64,000 bases of DNA from an uncultured archaeon (GTDB taxonomy: Archaea > Thermoproteota > Nitrososphaeria_A > Caldarchaeales > Calditenuaceae), in assembly GCA_937921685.1 (NCBI GenBank), contig CAKZUF010000007.1, positions 55,384-119,383 on the forward strand, in the 5' to 3' direction. Within the stretch, counting starts at the first letter, position 1. Each line of letters begins with the position of its first letter. The notes beneath the pieces are model-generated. The model was not told the DNA's origin, did no database searches, and saw only the letters and a list, made by a program, of their open reading frames with translations. The translations under genes and the position numbers were made by a program. Positions 17,427 through 26,987 of the stretch are shown piece after piece.

Positions 17427-20060
17427 ATGATATATACGGCGATGCACCGTGGCCTAGGCAGTCAGATGGGATACTGGGGCGCCGGCACTCTGATAGTCCT
17501 TCTTCTATACACCATAATATGGGCAGGGCTGTCCTTCCCCAACATTGAGACCTACCGAATCCAGTACGACGGGGTTGGCGACAGCGCACTGCAAGGATTC
17601 GAGTTATCTATTGAGGAGAGCATCGAGATTATTGGGGGTTGGAGCAAGTCTACCCTAACAGTCCTCATTGTACCAAGCGTAGACGAACGTCTAACGAGTT
17701 GGGCCGGCAGGGCTGTCGACTGGTGGAGGAGAGCTAAAGAGACCTTCACGGCACTTTACGGCTACGAATATTTAAACAGGCTCGAGTTTGTGAAGCTTGT
17801 CCGAGGCATAAACGGCACGTCGGGTGACATCGTCGTAGAATATGTGGAAAGCCTAGGAGAGCGGATATGCGGGCAAACCTATATCATCGCACAAAATGGA
17901 GAGATTAGATACGCATCAGTTCAACTATCGCTAGAATGTATCAGAGGCCGGGAAGAGTATGCACTGGTAGTTGCAATGCATGAGCTTGGCCATGCGCTGG
18001 GGATAGGGCATACTACCAACTCTAGAGACTTGATGTATGCATACCTGGTCCCTGGCTCCAGGCCCTCCACGCTAAATCTCTACGCCTTAGCAGTGATCTA
18101 CGCATGGCTTGATCGGGGAATTTTCAAAAGCCCCCCAAACACGGTGACCCTGCCGTCGGGCATGGATTATATCCAGATTCTGGACGTGAACGGAGAGCCC
18201 GTCAAATTCAGGATAAGAATTTACCTGCTACTTAGAGATAAAGAACTCCTCTACAGGACAATATTCGTACCTGCCGGCCAGAGCTTCACCATAAACGTCA
18301 ACACGATGATCCAAGACGCGGACGACGCCTGGGCGAGGTACGTCTTCACCGGTTGGAGGATTAGAGGGTCAGATCAAACACTATATACAAGCACTTCTAT
18401 AACTCTCAAGCCAACCGGTCACGCAGACTATATCGCCGTCTATGATGTAGAATACAGGCTTGTCGTTGAATATCCCAACGGAACCATTCTCGACGACTGG
18501 ATAAGAAGGGGTAGTAGGGTATCAGTTAACGCAACAGAATTGATCTATCTATCTGTTGATGAGAGGCTGGTCTTTGTCGGGTGGAGTGGCGCGATAAACA
18601 GCACCAGCATTAGGCTTGAGCTTATCGTGGAGTCGCCTATTTACCTGTACGCGGTTTATAGAAGGGAATTCCTGGTCGAGGTTGCATCCGACTTTGGAGA
18701 GCCCTCAGTCTCAGGCTGGTGGCCGGAGGGAACGCTCCTCAACATAACCATCAACCCCAGCATCGTATACCTCTCCGAAGATGCTAGAATTGTGCTCAAT
18801 GGATTCAACGGCTCCCATTCAGCTTCAACACCTTACCTGTTGATCAACCTGACAGAGCCCGTACACCTCTCTGCGGTCTGGAAAGCGCAGTATCTTGTGA
18901 CGATCAGGAGCCTGGGAGGGGAGCTACACGAACACATATGGGCTGACAACGCGTCCAGAATAACAGTCACCGTGCCCAGAGAGATCCTCTGGGATAATAG
19001 GTCAAAGGCTGTCTTCACGCGATGGCTAAACCCAGATCTGTCCTCAGAGCCCACGCAGAGTCTGACAGTTACCGGTCCTAGATTCTTAGCCCCGTTGTAT
19101 GAGAGGTATTATTTCGTAGAAGTTGTTTCCACTGTGAAGGTCGACGCGCCGACTAACTGGTATAGGCGTGGGGAGGTCTTTGAGCTAGTGGTCCCCAGCT
19201 CGGTTGAGCTGGATGAAGGGTTGAGGGCCGTATTACTCGGAACCTCCGAAGGGGCTGAGGATACACTAAGGTTTGTAGTCCAGTTGCCAAAGACCATAAT
19301 ACTGTATTGGAGAGAGGAGGCGCGGATAACGATTAAGAATCCGACGATAGGGGTGGATAAAATAATCTGGGCCCCAATAAACCAAGTCATCTATCTGGAC
19401 ACACCTTCCATAATACATGTTAGCTCGGGGGAGGCGTATGAGTTCGTCAAATGGGCCGGCGGGGTCGAGTCCAGAGAAAGGACAATTTCGATCACGGTTA
19501 ATGGAAGCATCGAGCTCAGACCCGAGTATAGGAGAGTATATCGCGTCGCGTTTAACACCATACCTTCACTCAATGTCGAGTTATTGCTTCAAGAGACGTC
19601 GGGCAGGCTCTACAGGGTGCGGAGTGGTGAGTCGGCCTGGCTGCCGGAGGGGCGCTTAGTAATTCTGGGGGTGTACTGGGAGGGGCTCGAGGTTAAGAAT
19701 GCTTCCAAAGTATATGTAAACGGATCGGGCGCCTACCAAGTTAAACTAGCCGTGAGAAGCTTAGACGTTGAGGTCCTAGACATGCTCGGATTACCCGCAC
19801 CCTTCTACGAAGTCCAAGCCCTCCGCTCGGATGCCGTTATAGAATCCCGCGCCATTTCAGATTCTGCTGGACTGGCTAGGCTAAGTGCCGTCAGCTCATC
19901 GATAAGCGAGGTAGGGGCTAGATGGATGGTTTTTGAGACCTTCGCGAAGCCGGAGCCGCAGAGAGTACAGGTCAGGGTTCCAGTAAGCTTCTATACCCTT
20001 CTCCTAGCATCCACAATATTGATCGCCACATCTGCGATACAGGCTTATAGGCGGTTCTAG
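17427..20060 (+). CDS. membrane-anchored matrixin-like (metzincin) zinc metalloprotease with repeated beta-rich domains
   Basis: N-terminal TM/signal-like segment. [11 protein letters not shown](x7)LMY is an HExxHxxGxxH zinc site plus Met-turn. At least five repeats with an F-x-GW...Y-x-x-x-Y-R pattern. C-terminal TM helix ([17 protein letters not shown]) followed by a short basic tail. Confidence 0.6.
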   Translation: MIYTAMHRGLGSQMGYWGAGTLIVLLLYTIIWAGLSFPNIETYRIQYDGVGDSALQGFELSIEESIEIIGGWSKSTLTVLIVPSVDERLTSWAGRAVDWWRRAKETFTALYGYEYLNRLEFVKLVRGINGTSGDIVVEYVESLGERICGQTYIIAQNGEIRYASVQLSLECIRGREEYALVVAMHELGHALGIGHTTNSRDLMYAYLVPGSRPSTLNLYALAVIYAWLDRGIFKSPPNTVTLPSGMDYIQILDVNGEPVKFRIRIYLLLRDKELLYRTIFVPAGQSFTINVNTMIQDADDAWARYVFTGWRIRGSDQTLYTSTSITLKPTGHADYIAVYDVEYRLVVEYPNGTILDDWIRRGSRVSVNATELIYLSVDERLVFVGWSGAINSTSIRLELIVESPIYLYAVYRREFLVEVASDFGEPSVSGWWPEGTLLNITINPSIVYLSEDARIVLNGFNGSHSASTPYLLINLTEPVHLSAVWKAQYLVTIRSLGGELHEHIWADNASRITVTVPREILWDNRSKAVFTRWLNPDLSSEPTQSLTVTGPRFLAPLYERYYFVEVVSTVKVDAPTNWYRRGEVFELVVPSSVELDEGLRAVLLGTSEGAEDTLRFVVQLPKTIILYWREEARITIKNPTIGVDKIIWAPINQVIYLDTPSIIHVSSGEAYEFVKWAGGVESRERTISITVNGSIELRPEYRRVYRVAFNTIPSLNVELLLQETSGRLYRVRSGESAWLPEGRLVILGVYWEGLEVKNASKVYVNGSGAYQVKLAVRSLDVEVLDMLGLPAPFYEVQALRSDAVIESRAISDSAGLARLSAVSSSISEVGARWMVFETFAKPEPQRVQVRVPVSFYTLLLASTILIATSAIQAYRRF

Positions 20061-20485
20061 CGCCTCGGTTTCTTAGCCTTACCCAGCACAAGCAGCTTTA
20101 GAGGAACGCCGTTGACGGTGACGACCTCGTACCTAACCCCTGGCAGGTCGCCGTAGCTCTTGCCCAAAGTCCCTCCTATCCCCTGAATAATCACCTCATC
20201 ATGCTCGTCAACCACGTTCAGGGCTCCGTCGCCGGGCAGGAAGGCGGTTACAACCTTCCCATTCTTCGTCAGCTGCACCCTGACACACTTCCTAACAGCG
20301 CTGTTCGGCTGCCGCGACTCTATTCCTTTCTTCTCGATCACGATTCCCTTCGCCATGGGTGCGCCCTCTAAGGGGTCGAACTTCTCCTTGAGGTTGAGCA
20401 TCCTAATCTTGTATCGTCGCTGACTCCACCTAAACCTCTTCCTAACCTTAATCAGCTGCCTCGCCGCGAACTCCCCATTCCCCAT
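20057..20485 (-). CDS. rps12: 30S ribosomal protein S12 (uS12)
   Basis: [28 protein letters not shown] is canonical S12. Confidence 0.9.
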   Translation of the reverse strand: MGNGEFAARQLIKVRKRFRWSQRRYKIRMLNLKEKFDPLEGAPMAKGIVIEKKGIESRQPNSAVRKCVRVQLTKNGKVVTAFLPGDGALNVVDEHDEVIIQGIGGTLGKSYGDLPGVRYEVVTVNGVPLKLLVLGKAKKPRR

Positions 20486-20588
20486 TTCTGCTATAGAGTA
20501 TTGAGAGTCGAATTATTTAACCCCCAACTCTCCGCGTCGCATAGCCCAGCCTACAACTAGGATAGATCCCTGGTTATAGGGGGGCATG

Positions 20589-20709
20589 TCCCGGCGGCAG
20601 GATTTGAACCTGCGGCCCTCCGGTTTCTGTTAGCCCGGTAGGCTGGCAAAGGCGCGGCTGGATGCCGGCCTCTACAGCCGGATGCTCTACCAGGCTGAGC
20701 TACGCCGGG
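20589..20709 (-). tRNA. tRNA-Tyr (anticodon GTA) with an intron of about 47 nt after position 37
   Basis: Hand-folded on the minus strand. Acceptor CCCGGCG/CGCCGGG gives the C1:G72 archaeal tRNA-Tyr identity pair. D arm GCTC/GAGC. Anticodon stem TCCGG/CCGGA with loop CTGTAG^A. T arm GCAGG-TTCAAAT-CCTGC. Discriminator A. CCA is not encoded. Confidence 0.75.
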
Positions 20710-20766
20710 TTCTCATTAAATCTCTCGGAGCCCCCATATTAAAGCCTAATCCTCTCTGGATAACAT

Positions 20767-21345
20767 CTACCCGAGGGCCTCTCTAGCGCCGGATAAGATA
20801 TACTCGATTGCGATGGCGGCCAATATAATGGCCATTACGCGTGCAACGACATCGGCGCCTACCTTTCCCAAAATCCGGTGGAGAGTCTCTATGCTTCTGA
20901 GAGTGATCCAGCTTAAGAGCATCACTATTAACACAGAAGTGATTGCCACGAGCTGTCCTGACGTGTTTATGGTTATCATGGTCGTGGTTATTGCTCCTGG
21001 TCCTACGAGCAGTGGGAAGCCTATGGGAAAAACACCCACATCTCCGGTCTTTGCTAGAAGCTTCTCACCTCCATAGACTAGGATTTGAAGGGATAGAAAG
21101 AGGAAAAGGATCCCACCAGCAATCTTAAAGCTGTGAAGGGAGACGTTAAAGAGTGAGAGGATCTGGTGTCCCGCAAAGGCGAAGAGGAGTAGAAGCGCAG
21201 ACCCAACCATTGTAGCGAGATTGAAAACTCTTTTACGATTATCCGAGCTGAGACCACGGGTAAGCTCGATGAGTATCGGAATATTCCCAACAGGGTCCAC
21301 AACCACAAAAAGGACGATGGTGCTCTTCAGAACCTCCTCTATCAC
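20767..21345 (-). CDS. MarC/UPF0056 family integral membrane protein
   Basis: Six-TM profile with the conserved DPVGNIPI motif near the N-terminus. Confidence 0.7.
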   Translation of the reverse strand: MIEEVLKSTIVLFVVVDPVGNIPILIELTRGLSSDNRKRVFNLATMVGSALLLLFAFAGHQILSLFNVSLHSFKIAGGILFLFLSLQILVYGGEKLLAKTGDVGVFPIGFPLLVGPGAITTTMITINTSGQLVAITSVLIVMLLSWITLRSIETLHRILGKVGADVVARVMAIILAAIAIEYILSGAREALG

Positions 21346-21422
21346 GACATAGCAGGTACTGAGATTACTATGTAACCCTTAATTTGATGGCTAAATAGAG
21401 GAGTATCAGGGTATCAAGTGCT

Positions 21423-21496
21423 GCCCCGGTAGCTCAGCCAGGTAGAGCGGCCGCCTTGTAAGCGGCAGGTCGCGGGTTCAAACCCCGCCCGGGGCT
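21423..21496 (+). tRNA. tRNA-Thr (anticodon TGT), no intron
   Basis: GCCCCGG-TA-GCTC-AGCCAGGTA-GAGC-G-GCCGC-CTTGTAA-GCGGC-AGGTC-GCGGG-TTCAAAC-CCCGC-CCGGGGC-T folds as a canonical cloverleaf. Confidence 0.8.
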
Positions 21497-21597
21497 TATT
21501 TCCACGAGTTTTCCCCCGAAGCCATACTGCTGGACCGCTCTGTCTTCCACGGTACTGTTTAAATCCTCTCGAATGTGCTTGATAGTATGAGGGCTCG

Positions 21598-22563
21598 ATG
21601 CCAATACTTGTTACTGGTGCGTGTGGCTTCATCGGTGCGTGGACTGTGAGGCGGCTGTTAGAGCTGGGCGAGAAGGTGGTTCTGACCGATGTTTCAGGCG
21701 ACTTAACCAGGCTTAGATATGTTGTTGACGGGGCTGACAGGCTTCCATTCGTTAGGGGCGATATTGTTGAGGAGGGCTTCATAGAGAACATAGTTAAGAG
21801 CTACGGTATTGACGCTATAATCCATCTAGCCGCCTTTCAGATCCCCCAATGTAGGGCAGATCCTGTGAGGGGGGCGCTCGTGAACGTGATAGGCACTTTA
21901 AGGGTCTTCGAGGCGGCTAAAAAGAATCGCGACACTGTTAGACGTGTCGTCTATGCGAGCTCGGCCGCCGTTTTCGGGCCCCCGGAGCTTTACGGTAAAG
22001 GCCCAGTACCGGTTAACGCACCTCTAAAACCTACAACCCATTATGGCGCCTACAAGGTATGCAACGAGCTGACAGCAAACGCCTATTGGCATGAATCTGG
22101 CATTCCAAGTGTCGGTCTTAGACCACAGGTAGTCTACGGTTATGGGCGTGATGTCGGTGTGACTTCTGACGCCTCCCGAGCTATAAAGGCAGCTATAGCC
22201 CGTAGGCCCTACAGGATAAGGTTTGGCGGTTTGATAGATATGCAGTATGTGGAGGATGTGGCGCACCTGTTTGCCGTCTCTGCAATTAAGGACCTAGATG
22301 GGGCCCGAGTTTATAACGTCCGGGGAGACGTGATAAGCGTCGCACAGCTTGTGAAGCTTATAGAGGAGGCCACGGGCGTAAGCGGGCTCATAACGTTTGA
22401 GGATAAACCCCTACCCATTCCCGCCTACTTGGACGACTCTGAGACAGAGAGGGATCTAGGCCCCCTCAAGAAGACTCCTGCACGGGAAGGAGTAGCGAAG
22501 ACTGCGGAGTTTTTCCTCGGGCTCCTGAAGCGCGGCGAGCTGGATCTCAGCGACCTTACCTGA
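21598..22563 (+). CDS. NAD-dependent epimerase/dehydratase (extended SDR family)
   Basis: VTGACGFIGAW Rossmann motif and the YGAYK catalytic YxxxK. Confidence 0.75.
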   Translation: MPILVTGACGFIGAWTVRRLLELGEKVVLTDVSGDLTRLRYVVDGADRLPFVRGDIVEEGFIENIVKSYGIDAIIHLAAFQIPQCRADPVRGALVNVIGTLRVFEAAKKNRDTVRRVVYASSAAVFGPPELYGKGPVPVNAPLKPTTHYGAYKVCNELTANAYWHESGIPSVGLRPQVVYGYGRDVGVTSDASRAIKAAIARRPYRIRFGGLIDMQYVEDVAHLFAVSAIKDLDGARVYNVRGDVISVAQLVKLIEEATGVSGLITFEDKPLPIPAYLDDSETERDLGPLKKTPAREGVAKTAEFFLGLLKRGELDLSDLT

Positions 22564-22600
22564 TTGAAGCGAGATTTTTATCATAATATTTGGACAATAT

Positions 22601-23809
22601 GTGGTGATGAGCCAGTACTGGTCTGAAGATCCTGTATTAATGATTCCAGGGCCATCTGAGCTGCATCCACGGGTTAGGCAGGTCTTGACAGGTAGGTTCT
22701 ACCCGCATTACGGCTCCGAGTGGGGTGAGATATACTGGGAAGTCGAGGAGGCTGTTAGGAAGATCTTCAGGACAAGAAACGAGGTTATAGTGATGCCTGG
22801 GCCCGGATGTCTCGGCCTGGAGCTGGGGGTTGTCAACGTGGCTAACCGTGGAGATAAGGTAGTCGCCCTGACCAATGGATTCTTCGGTGATAGGTTTGCA
22901 GAGATAGCCAGCTACTGTGCAGCGGAGGTTGTGACGCTCAGCTCTCCCCCCGGATACATCGTCTCCACAGAGGCGCTCAAAGAGTGTCTGGACAAAAACC
23001 CCGACGCGGTCGCGCTGATAGTCGTGCAGAACGAGTCGGCCACCGGTGTACTGAACCCAATCCCCCAGTATGTTGAGATAGCGAAGAAGCGCGGGCTATT
23101 TACCGTTGTCGACTCTATCTCGGCTTTTGGGGGAGCCGAGCTTGATGTTGATGGCTGGGGTATAGATGTCTGTGTCGGGTATCCTAACAAGTGTTTGAGC
23201 GGGATTCCTGGAGCTCTGCCAGTCTCGATAAGCGGTGAGGTGTGGGAGAGGGTGGAGCGGGGACTTGTGCATCCTGCCAGCTGGATGACGAACCTGCGGG
23301 TCTGGAGGTGGTATAGGAGGAACTGGGCCAGCCATGGCCACCCATACCCTACGACGATCAACACGTATGCCTATTTGGCCTTGAAGGTGGCGGCGGAGGT
23401 GGCGATAGAGGAGGGTTTGGAGAAAAGGTACGAGCGGCACCGTAGGATGGCCGCGGCCTTCAGGGCTGCGGCCAAGGCCATGGGGCTGGGACTGGTAAGC
23501 AGAAACGAGGAATACGCCTCTCCTACAATAACCGCGATAGAGCTACCTCCCGAACTCCGGGGAAAGATTGAGCACATAGTTGGAAAGATGCTCCGCGACT
23601 ATAGAATCATGATTAGCAGGGGGATAGCTGCGACCGAAGAGACAGCGATAAGGATTGGACATATGGGCTACACGGCCAGCCCCCGATTCCTCATCCCAAC
23701 ACTTGCCGCACTATCAGAAACTCTAAGCTCACAAGGATATCAGAGATGCTCAACGGGAGATGCTATAGACGCCTTTTACAAGGCCTTGGGGAAAACGCGG
23801 AGTGGGTAA
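22601..23809 (+). CDS. class V (AGXT-type) PLP-dependent aminotransferase
   Basis: Class-V fold pattern with a PLP-lysine region YPNKCLSG. Typical serine-pyruvate / alanine-glyoxylate aminotransferase layout. Confidence 0.7.
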   Translation: MVMSQYWSEDPVLMIPGPSELHPRVRQVLTGRFYPHYGSEWGEIYWEVEEAVRKIFRTRNEVIVMPGPGCLGLELGVVNVANRGDKVVALTNGFFGDRFAEIASYCAAEVVTLSSPPGYIVSTEALKECLDKNPDAVALIVVQNESATGVLNPIPQYVEIAKKRGLFTVVDSISAFGGAELDVDGWGIDVCVGYPNKCLSGIPGALPVSISGEVWERVERGLVHPASWMTNLRVWRWYRRNWASHGHPYPTTINTYAYLALKVAAEVAIEEGLEKRYERHRRMAAAFRAAAKAMGLGLVSRNEEYASPTITAIELPPELRGKIEHIVGKMLRDYRIMISRGIAATEETAIRIGHMGYTASPRFLIPTLAALSETLSSQGYQRCSTGDAIDAFYKALGKTRSG

Positions 23810-24983
23810 AAAATATAGCCACCACGCCCCTCAATGTTTTGTGGCCACCCTTTTCGGTGAGCGGCTCAACAGGGACAGACTTGAGAGGTATGTTGGCGAT
23901 GTATCACAGGTAGGTGGGCTAACTCTTTTCAAGTTAATAGATGGGCCGGAGGGCGGTGTCAGATGCATCAATCTCAGGACTGGACTGTTAAACGCGACCA
24001 TAGTGGTCGACCGAGCACTCGACATCGCTAACCTAGAGTACAAGGGAATACCACTGGCATGGATAAGCCCGACCGGCATACAGTCACCCGCATTCTACGA
24101 ACCTGAGGGCCTAAACTGGCTGAGAGGGTTTTTCGGAGGGGCTCTCACAACTTGTGGTCTAACATACTTCGGCAGACCTACTGTTGATGAGGGAGAACAA
24201 CTGGGGCTACATGGACGGGTATCATATATTCCAGCGAGGCTGAAGGTCTGTAGGGGCAGGTGGGAAGGAGACGACTACATTCTTGAGATTGAAGGGGAGG
24301 TAAGAGAGGTAAAGGTCTTTGAACCCAACATCTCCCTCCACCGAAGAATAGAGGCACGACTCGGAGAGAGCCGGATCCTGATAAGGGATACAGTCGTCAA
24401 CAATGGATGGTATTCACAGCCCTTCATGATACTATACCACTTCAACTTCGGATACCCCCTCCTAAGCAGGGACTCGAGACTAGTATCAACCTCGCGCCTC
24501 GTCGTCCCTAGAGATGCCGACGCCGCTGAAGGAGCGGAATACTTTGACAGCTTCGAAGACCCCCAACAAGGATATAGGGAGAGAGTCTACTTCCACGACT
24601 TGGCCACCGACCCTGACGGATACGCATACGCAGCCCTCGTAAATAAGAGGCTCTACAACGGCTTGGCCGCAGTCCTCCGATTCAGAAAGTCGAGCCTAAA
24701 CCGACTAATAGAGTGGAAGATGATGGGTGAGGGGACATATGTGCTAGGAATCGAGCCGGCGAACGCTCTCGTATTAGGGAGAGACGTAGAGAGGCGTTTC
24801 GGAACACTCCAGTTCCTCGCGCCGCGCGAGAGTAGAGTAATCGAGATTGAGCTGAGCGTGTTGGAGGGGGTTGAAGCGATAAGTGCTCTTGAGGAGAAGA
24901 TATTATCTATACGTGGCCGTGAAAGGCCTAGGATTCTGCGGACTGTTGAGGAATTCATTACTCTGACGAGTGGAACTATCTGA
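23802..24983 (+). CDS. aldose 1-epimerase-like (DUF4432-type) protein
   Basis: Mutarotase-like beta-sandwich signatures (LGLHGR, LYHFNFGYP). Its start overlaps the aminotransferase stop. Assignment is by memory only. Confidence 0.4.
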   Translation: MGKKYSHHAPQCFVATLFGERLNRDRLERYVGDVSQVGGLTLFKLIDGPEGGVRCINLRTGLLNATIVVDRALDIANLEYKGIPLAWISPTGIQSPAFYEPEGLNWLRGFFGGALTTCGLTYFGRPTVDEGEQLGLHGRVSYIPARLKVCRGRWEGDDYILEIEGEVREVKVFEPNISLHRRIEARLGESRILIRDTVVNNGWYSQPFMILYHFNFGYPLLSRDSRLVSTSRLVVPRDADAAEGAEYFDSFEDPQQGYRERVYFHDLATDPDGYAYAALVNKRLYNGLAAVLRFRKSSLNRLIEWKMMGEGTYVLGIEPANALVLGRDVERRFGTLQFLAPRESRVIEIELSVLEGVEAISALEEKILSIRGRERPRILRTVEEFITLTSGTI

Positions 24984-25308
24984 AGAGCTGGACATGTTTA
25001 ATTCCGCCGACCTCGATGCAGGCTGACTCGCAAACCAGCCCGTCAGATATAGCCTTTGCAACCACGTCATTCCCCAACAAATTTATGATTGTCGCCCCCT
25101 CTATGGCTCTTTTAACCCCCTCCCAATCAACCATCCTACCCATGTAAAAATCGGGGCTGACAGATACCTCGTATCCATCACGAACCTTTAACCTCAATCC
25201 TAACAGCTCGGAGTCACAAACAGCGACAACTACCTCGCCCGTCAACGACCTATGCATCTTCATCCAGTAAGACATCAGAGTCTCCGAATGATACATCCAT
25301 GCACCCAA
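24976..25308 (-). CDS. small hypothetical protein (110 aa)
   Basis: Overlaps the DUF4432 stop. No confident family; a swivel-type small domain is possible. Confidence 0.3.
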   Translation of the reverse strand: MGAWMYHSETLMSYWMKMHRSLTGEVVVAVCDSELLGLRLKVRDGYEVSVSPDFYMGRMVDWEGVKRAIEGATIINLLGNDVVAKAISDGLVCESACIEVGGIKHVQLFR

Positions 25309-25348
25309 ATAAATTTTTTACACAGGGCGATAGAGGATAATAGTTGGT

Positions 25349-26029
25349 TTAAAGGAGGACCGGAACCCCGCTTATAGGTAGTGCTAAGAGTGTTATGAAC
25401 GAGACGAGGGGAACAGTGATGTTATCGTCAACCCATCTGAATTCGAGTTTCTCTATGATCGAGGCGGCAGCTCCTGCCACAGCGCCCGAAACCCCTAGCG
25501 AAAGGAAGCCTGCGGGGATGCAGAAGAGGGCCATTGCTAAGTTCCCCCACCACGACTTTGTTCGCCGTTGATAGATCATATTTCTCACGATCCCAGTGAT
25601 ACCGTCGCCGATGCTCATGAAGAGGATGGGCAACACGCCGATAGTTAAGTTGCCTAAGAAAAATCCTAAGCCCATCATCAAACCCCACATCAATATGAAG
25701 TGGACCTCATACATGTTTTCCTTAACCTGGTACCAATACCATATCTTTCCACTCCGGTGAGGAAGGTAGTTTCCGACCGCAAGGACTGCGACTAGTATAG
25801 CGATTAATATGAAACTCTTAAACAGGAACGGAACAAGGACGGAGACCAGCCCCCCAGCCAAGATGTGGATTATCTTCCTATTGTAGTAAACGACTACATT
25901 GTGCTCATACCCTCTCCTTAAGAGTGTATTGTAAATCTTCTTGCAGACATAGTGGCTTACAAACAGCACCCAAGCAAATAAGGCGGTCACGTAGATAAAC
26001 TCCGCCGGAGCGGGTGGTGCAAGCAGCAT
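25349..26029 (-). CDS. polytopic membrane protein, possibly a polyprenol/dolichol kinase-like CTP-dependent enzyme
   Basis: Six or seven TM helices, with SIGDGITGIVRN resembling the GDxxAxxxG motif of dolichol/phytol kinases. Speculative. Confidence 0.3.
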   Translation of the reverse strand: MLLAPPAPAEFIYVTALFAWVLFVSHYVCKKIYNTLLRRGYEHNVVVYYNRKIIHILAGGLVSVLVPFLFKSFILIAILVAVLAVGNYLPHRSGKIWYWYQVKENMYEVHFILMWGLMMGLGFFLGNLTIGVLPILFMSIGDGITGIVRNMIYQRRTKSWWGNLAMALFCIPAGFLSLGVSGAVAGAAASIIEKLEFRWVDDNITVPLVSFITLLALPISGVPVLL

Positions 26030-26255
26030 TATCCGAGTACTGGAAATTGTGTAAAATAAGGTTTATGGTCTAAGAAGTGGCGCGGGGGGAGGGTGAAGTA
26101 ATCGAGGGAGAGGTCTAGATTCTCCTCAGCTCACCAACCGATATCCCAGACCAATAATGGCCACTAGCAAGCAGAATAAACTCGCAAAAAGGACTGGAAG
26201 TAGTGGGAGACGCCAAACGAGCCGCTTCGTAGACCTGAGCCTATAATCCCGACTC

Positions 26256-26456
26256 CTATGATAAGTGGTTTGAGGCCAACGACAAGGGAGAAGAGCTGCG
26301 ATAGCCATCCTTCTTCCGCGGCATGATCGAGGCGGCTACACAATACAGTGCGATCGTCGGGATGGGGGCCAAAAAGACGAAAACAATGCCCACCAGCCTC
26401 ATAATTTGGGGGTCGACTATAAAGTATTCGCCCAGTCCGCCGAAAACCCCAGCCAA
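26256..26456 (-). CDS. PspC-domain small membrane protein
   Basis: MAGVFGGLGEYFIVDPQIMRLVGIVFVFL matches the PspC domain consensus (GVCAGLAEYFGIDPTLVRL...). Confidence 0.45.
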   Translation of the reverse strand: MAGVFGGLGEYFIVDPQIMRLVGIVFVFLAPIPTIALYCVAASIMPRKKDGYRSSSPLSLASNHLS

Positions 26457-26589
26457 GACTCTGTCCCTAGTCGACCGTTATAAGTCTTTAGACGTACCTA
26501 GACTCGCGACGGTCGAATGTCTTCTGCGTTGTTAAAGTTTCGGAGAGGGGGGCGGTTTATCCATCTTTAAATCGCAGGCTGCGCATATA

Positions 26590-26928
26590 ATGACCGTGGG
26601 GAAAAGGAAGATAATCGCTGAGCCCAAGGAGTTGGAGAATATGCCTGAGCCTGGGCCAGACGACGTATACGGAGTGATATCGAAGATGGTTGGGTATGAC
26701 AAGGTAATCGTAGACTGCTCGGATGGTAAGCAGAGGCTCTGTAGGATTCGAGGTCAGCTAAAGAGGAAGATATGGGTGAAGGAGGGCGACCTCGTCCTTG
26801 TCAGCCCCTGGGACTTCCAGAGGGACACGCGAGGCGACATATGGTGGAGGTTTACGAAGAATCAGGCCCTCAGCCTAGCGCAGAAAGGTGTTCTACCGGA
26901 GTTTCTTAGGGCTCGGATAGAAAAATAG
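26590..26928 (+). CDS. eif1a: translation initiation factor 1A (aIF-1A)
   Basis: VIVDCSDGKQRLCRIRGQLKRKIWVKEGDLVLVSPWDF is the canonical aIF1A OB-fold. Confidence 0.85.
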   Translation: MTVGKRKIIAEPKELENMPEPGPDDVYGVISKMVGYDKVIVDCSDGKQRLCRIRGQLKRKIWVKEGDLVLVSPWDFQRDTRGDIWWRFTKNQALSLAQKGVLPEFLRARIEK

Positions 26929-26987
26929 CCTAGAGTGATTAATTGTTCTTAACTTAAATAGGGCTGGGCGAAAAATTATCCTGGAAC

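Noticed and set aside
19109-19573. Minus-strand ORFs (93 and 60 aa) inside the metzincin gene
   Set aside because: Antisense, Ser/Thr-rich low-complexity shadows of the repeat-domain coding region.
21414-21791. 125-aa minus-strand ORF
   Set aside because: It overlaps the + strand tRNA-Thr and the start of the epimerase gene, is Ser/Pro-rich, and is almost certainly spurious.
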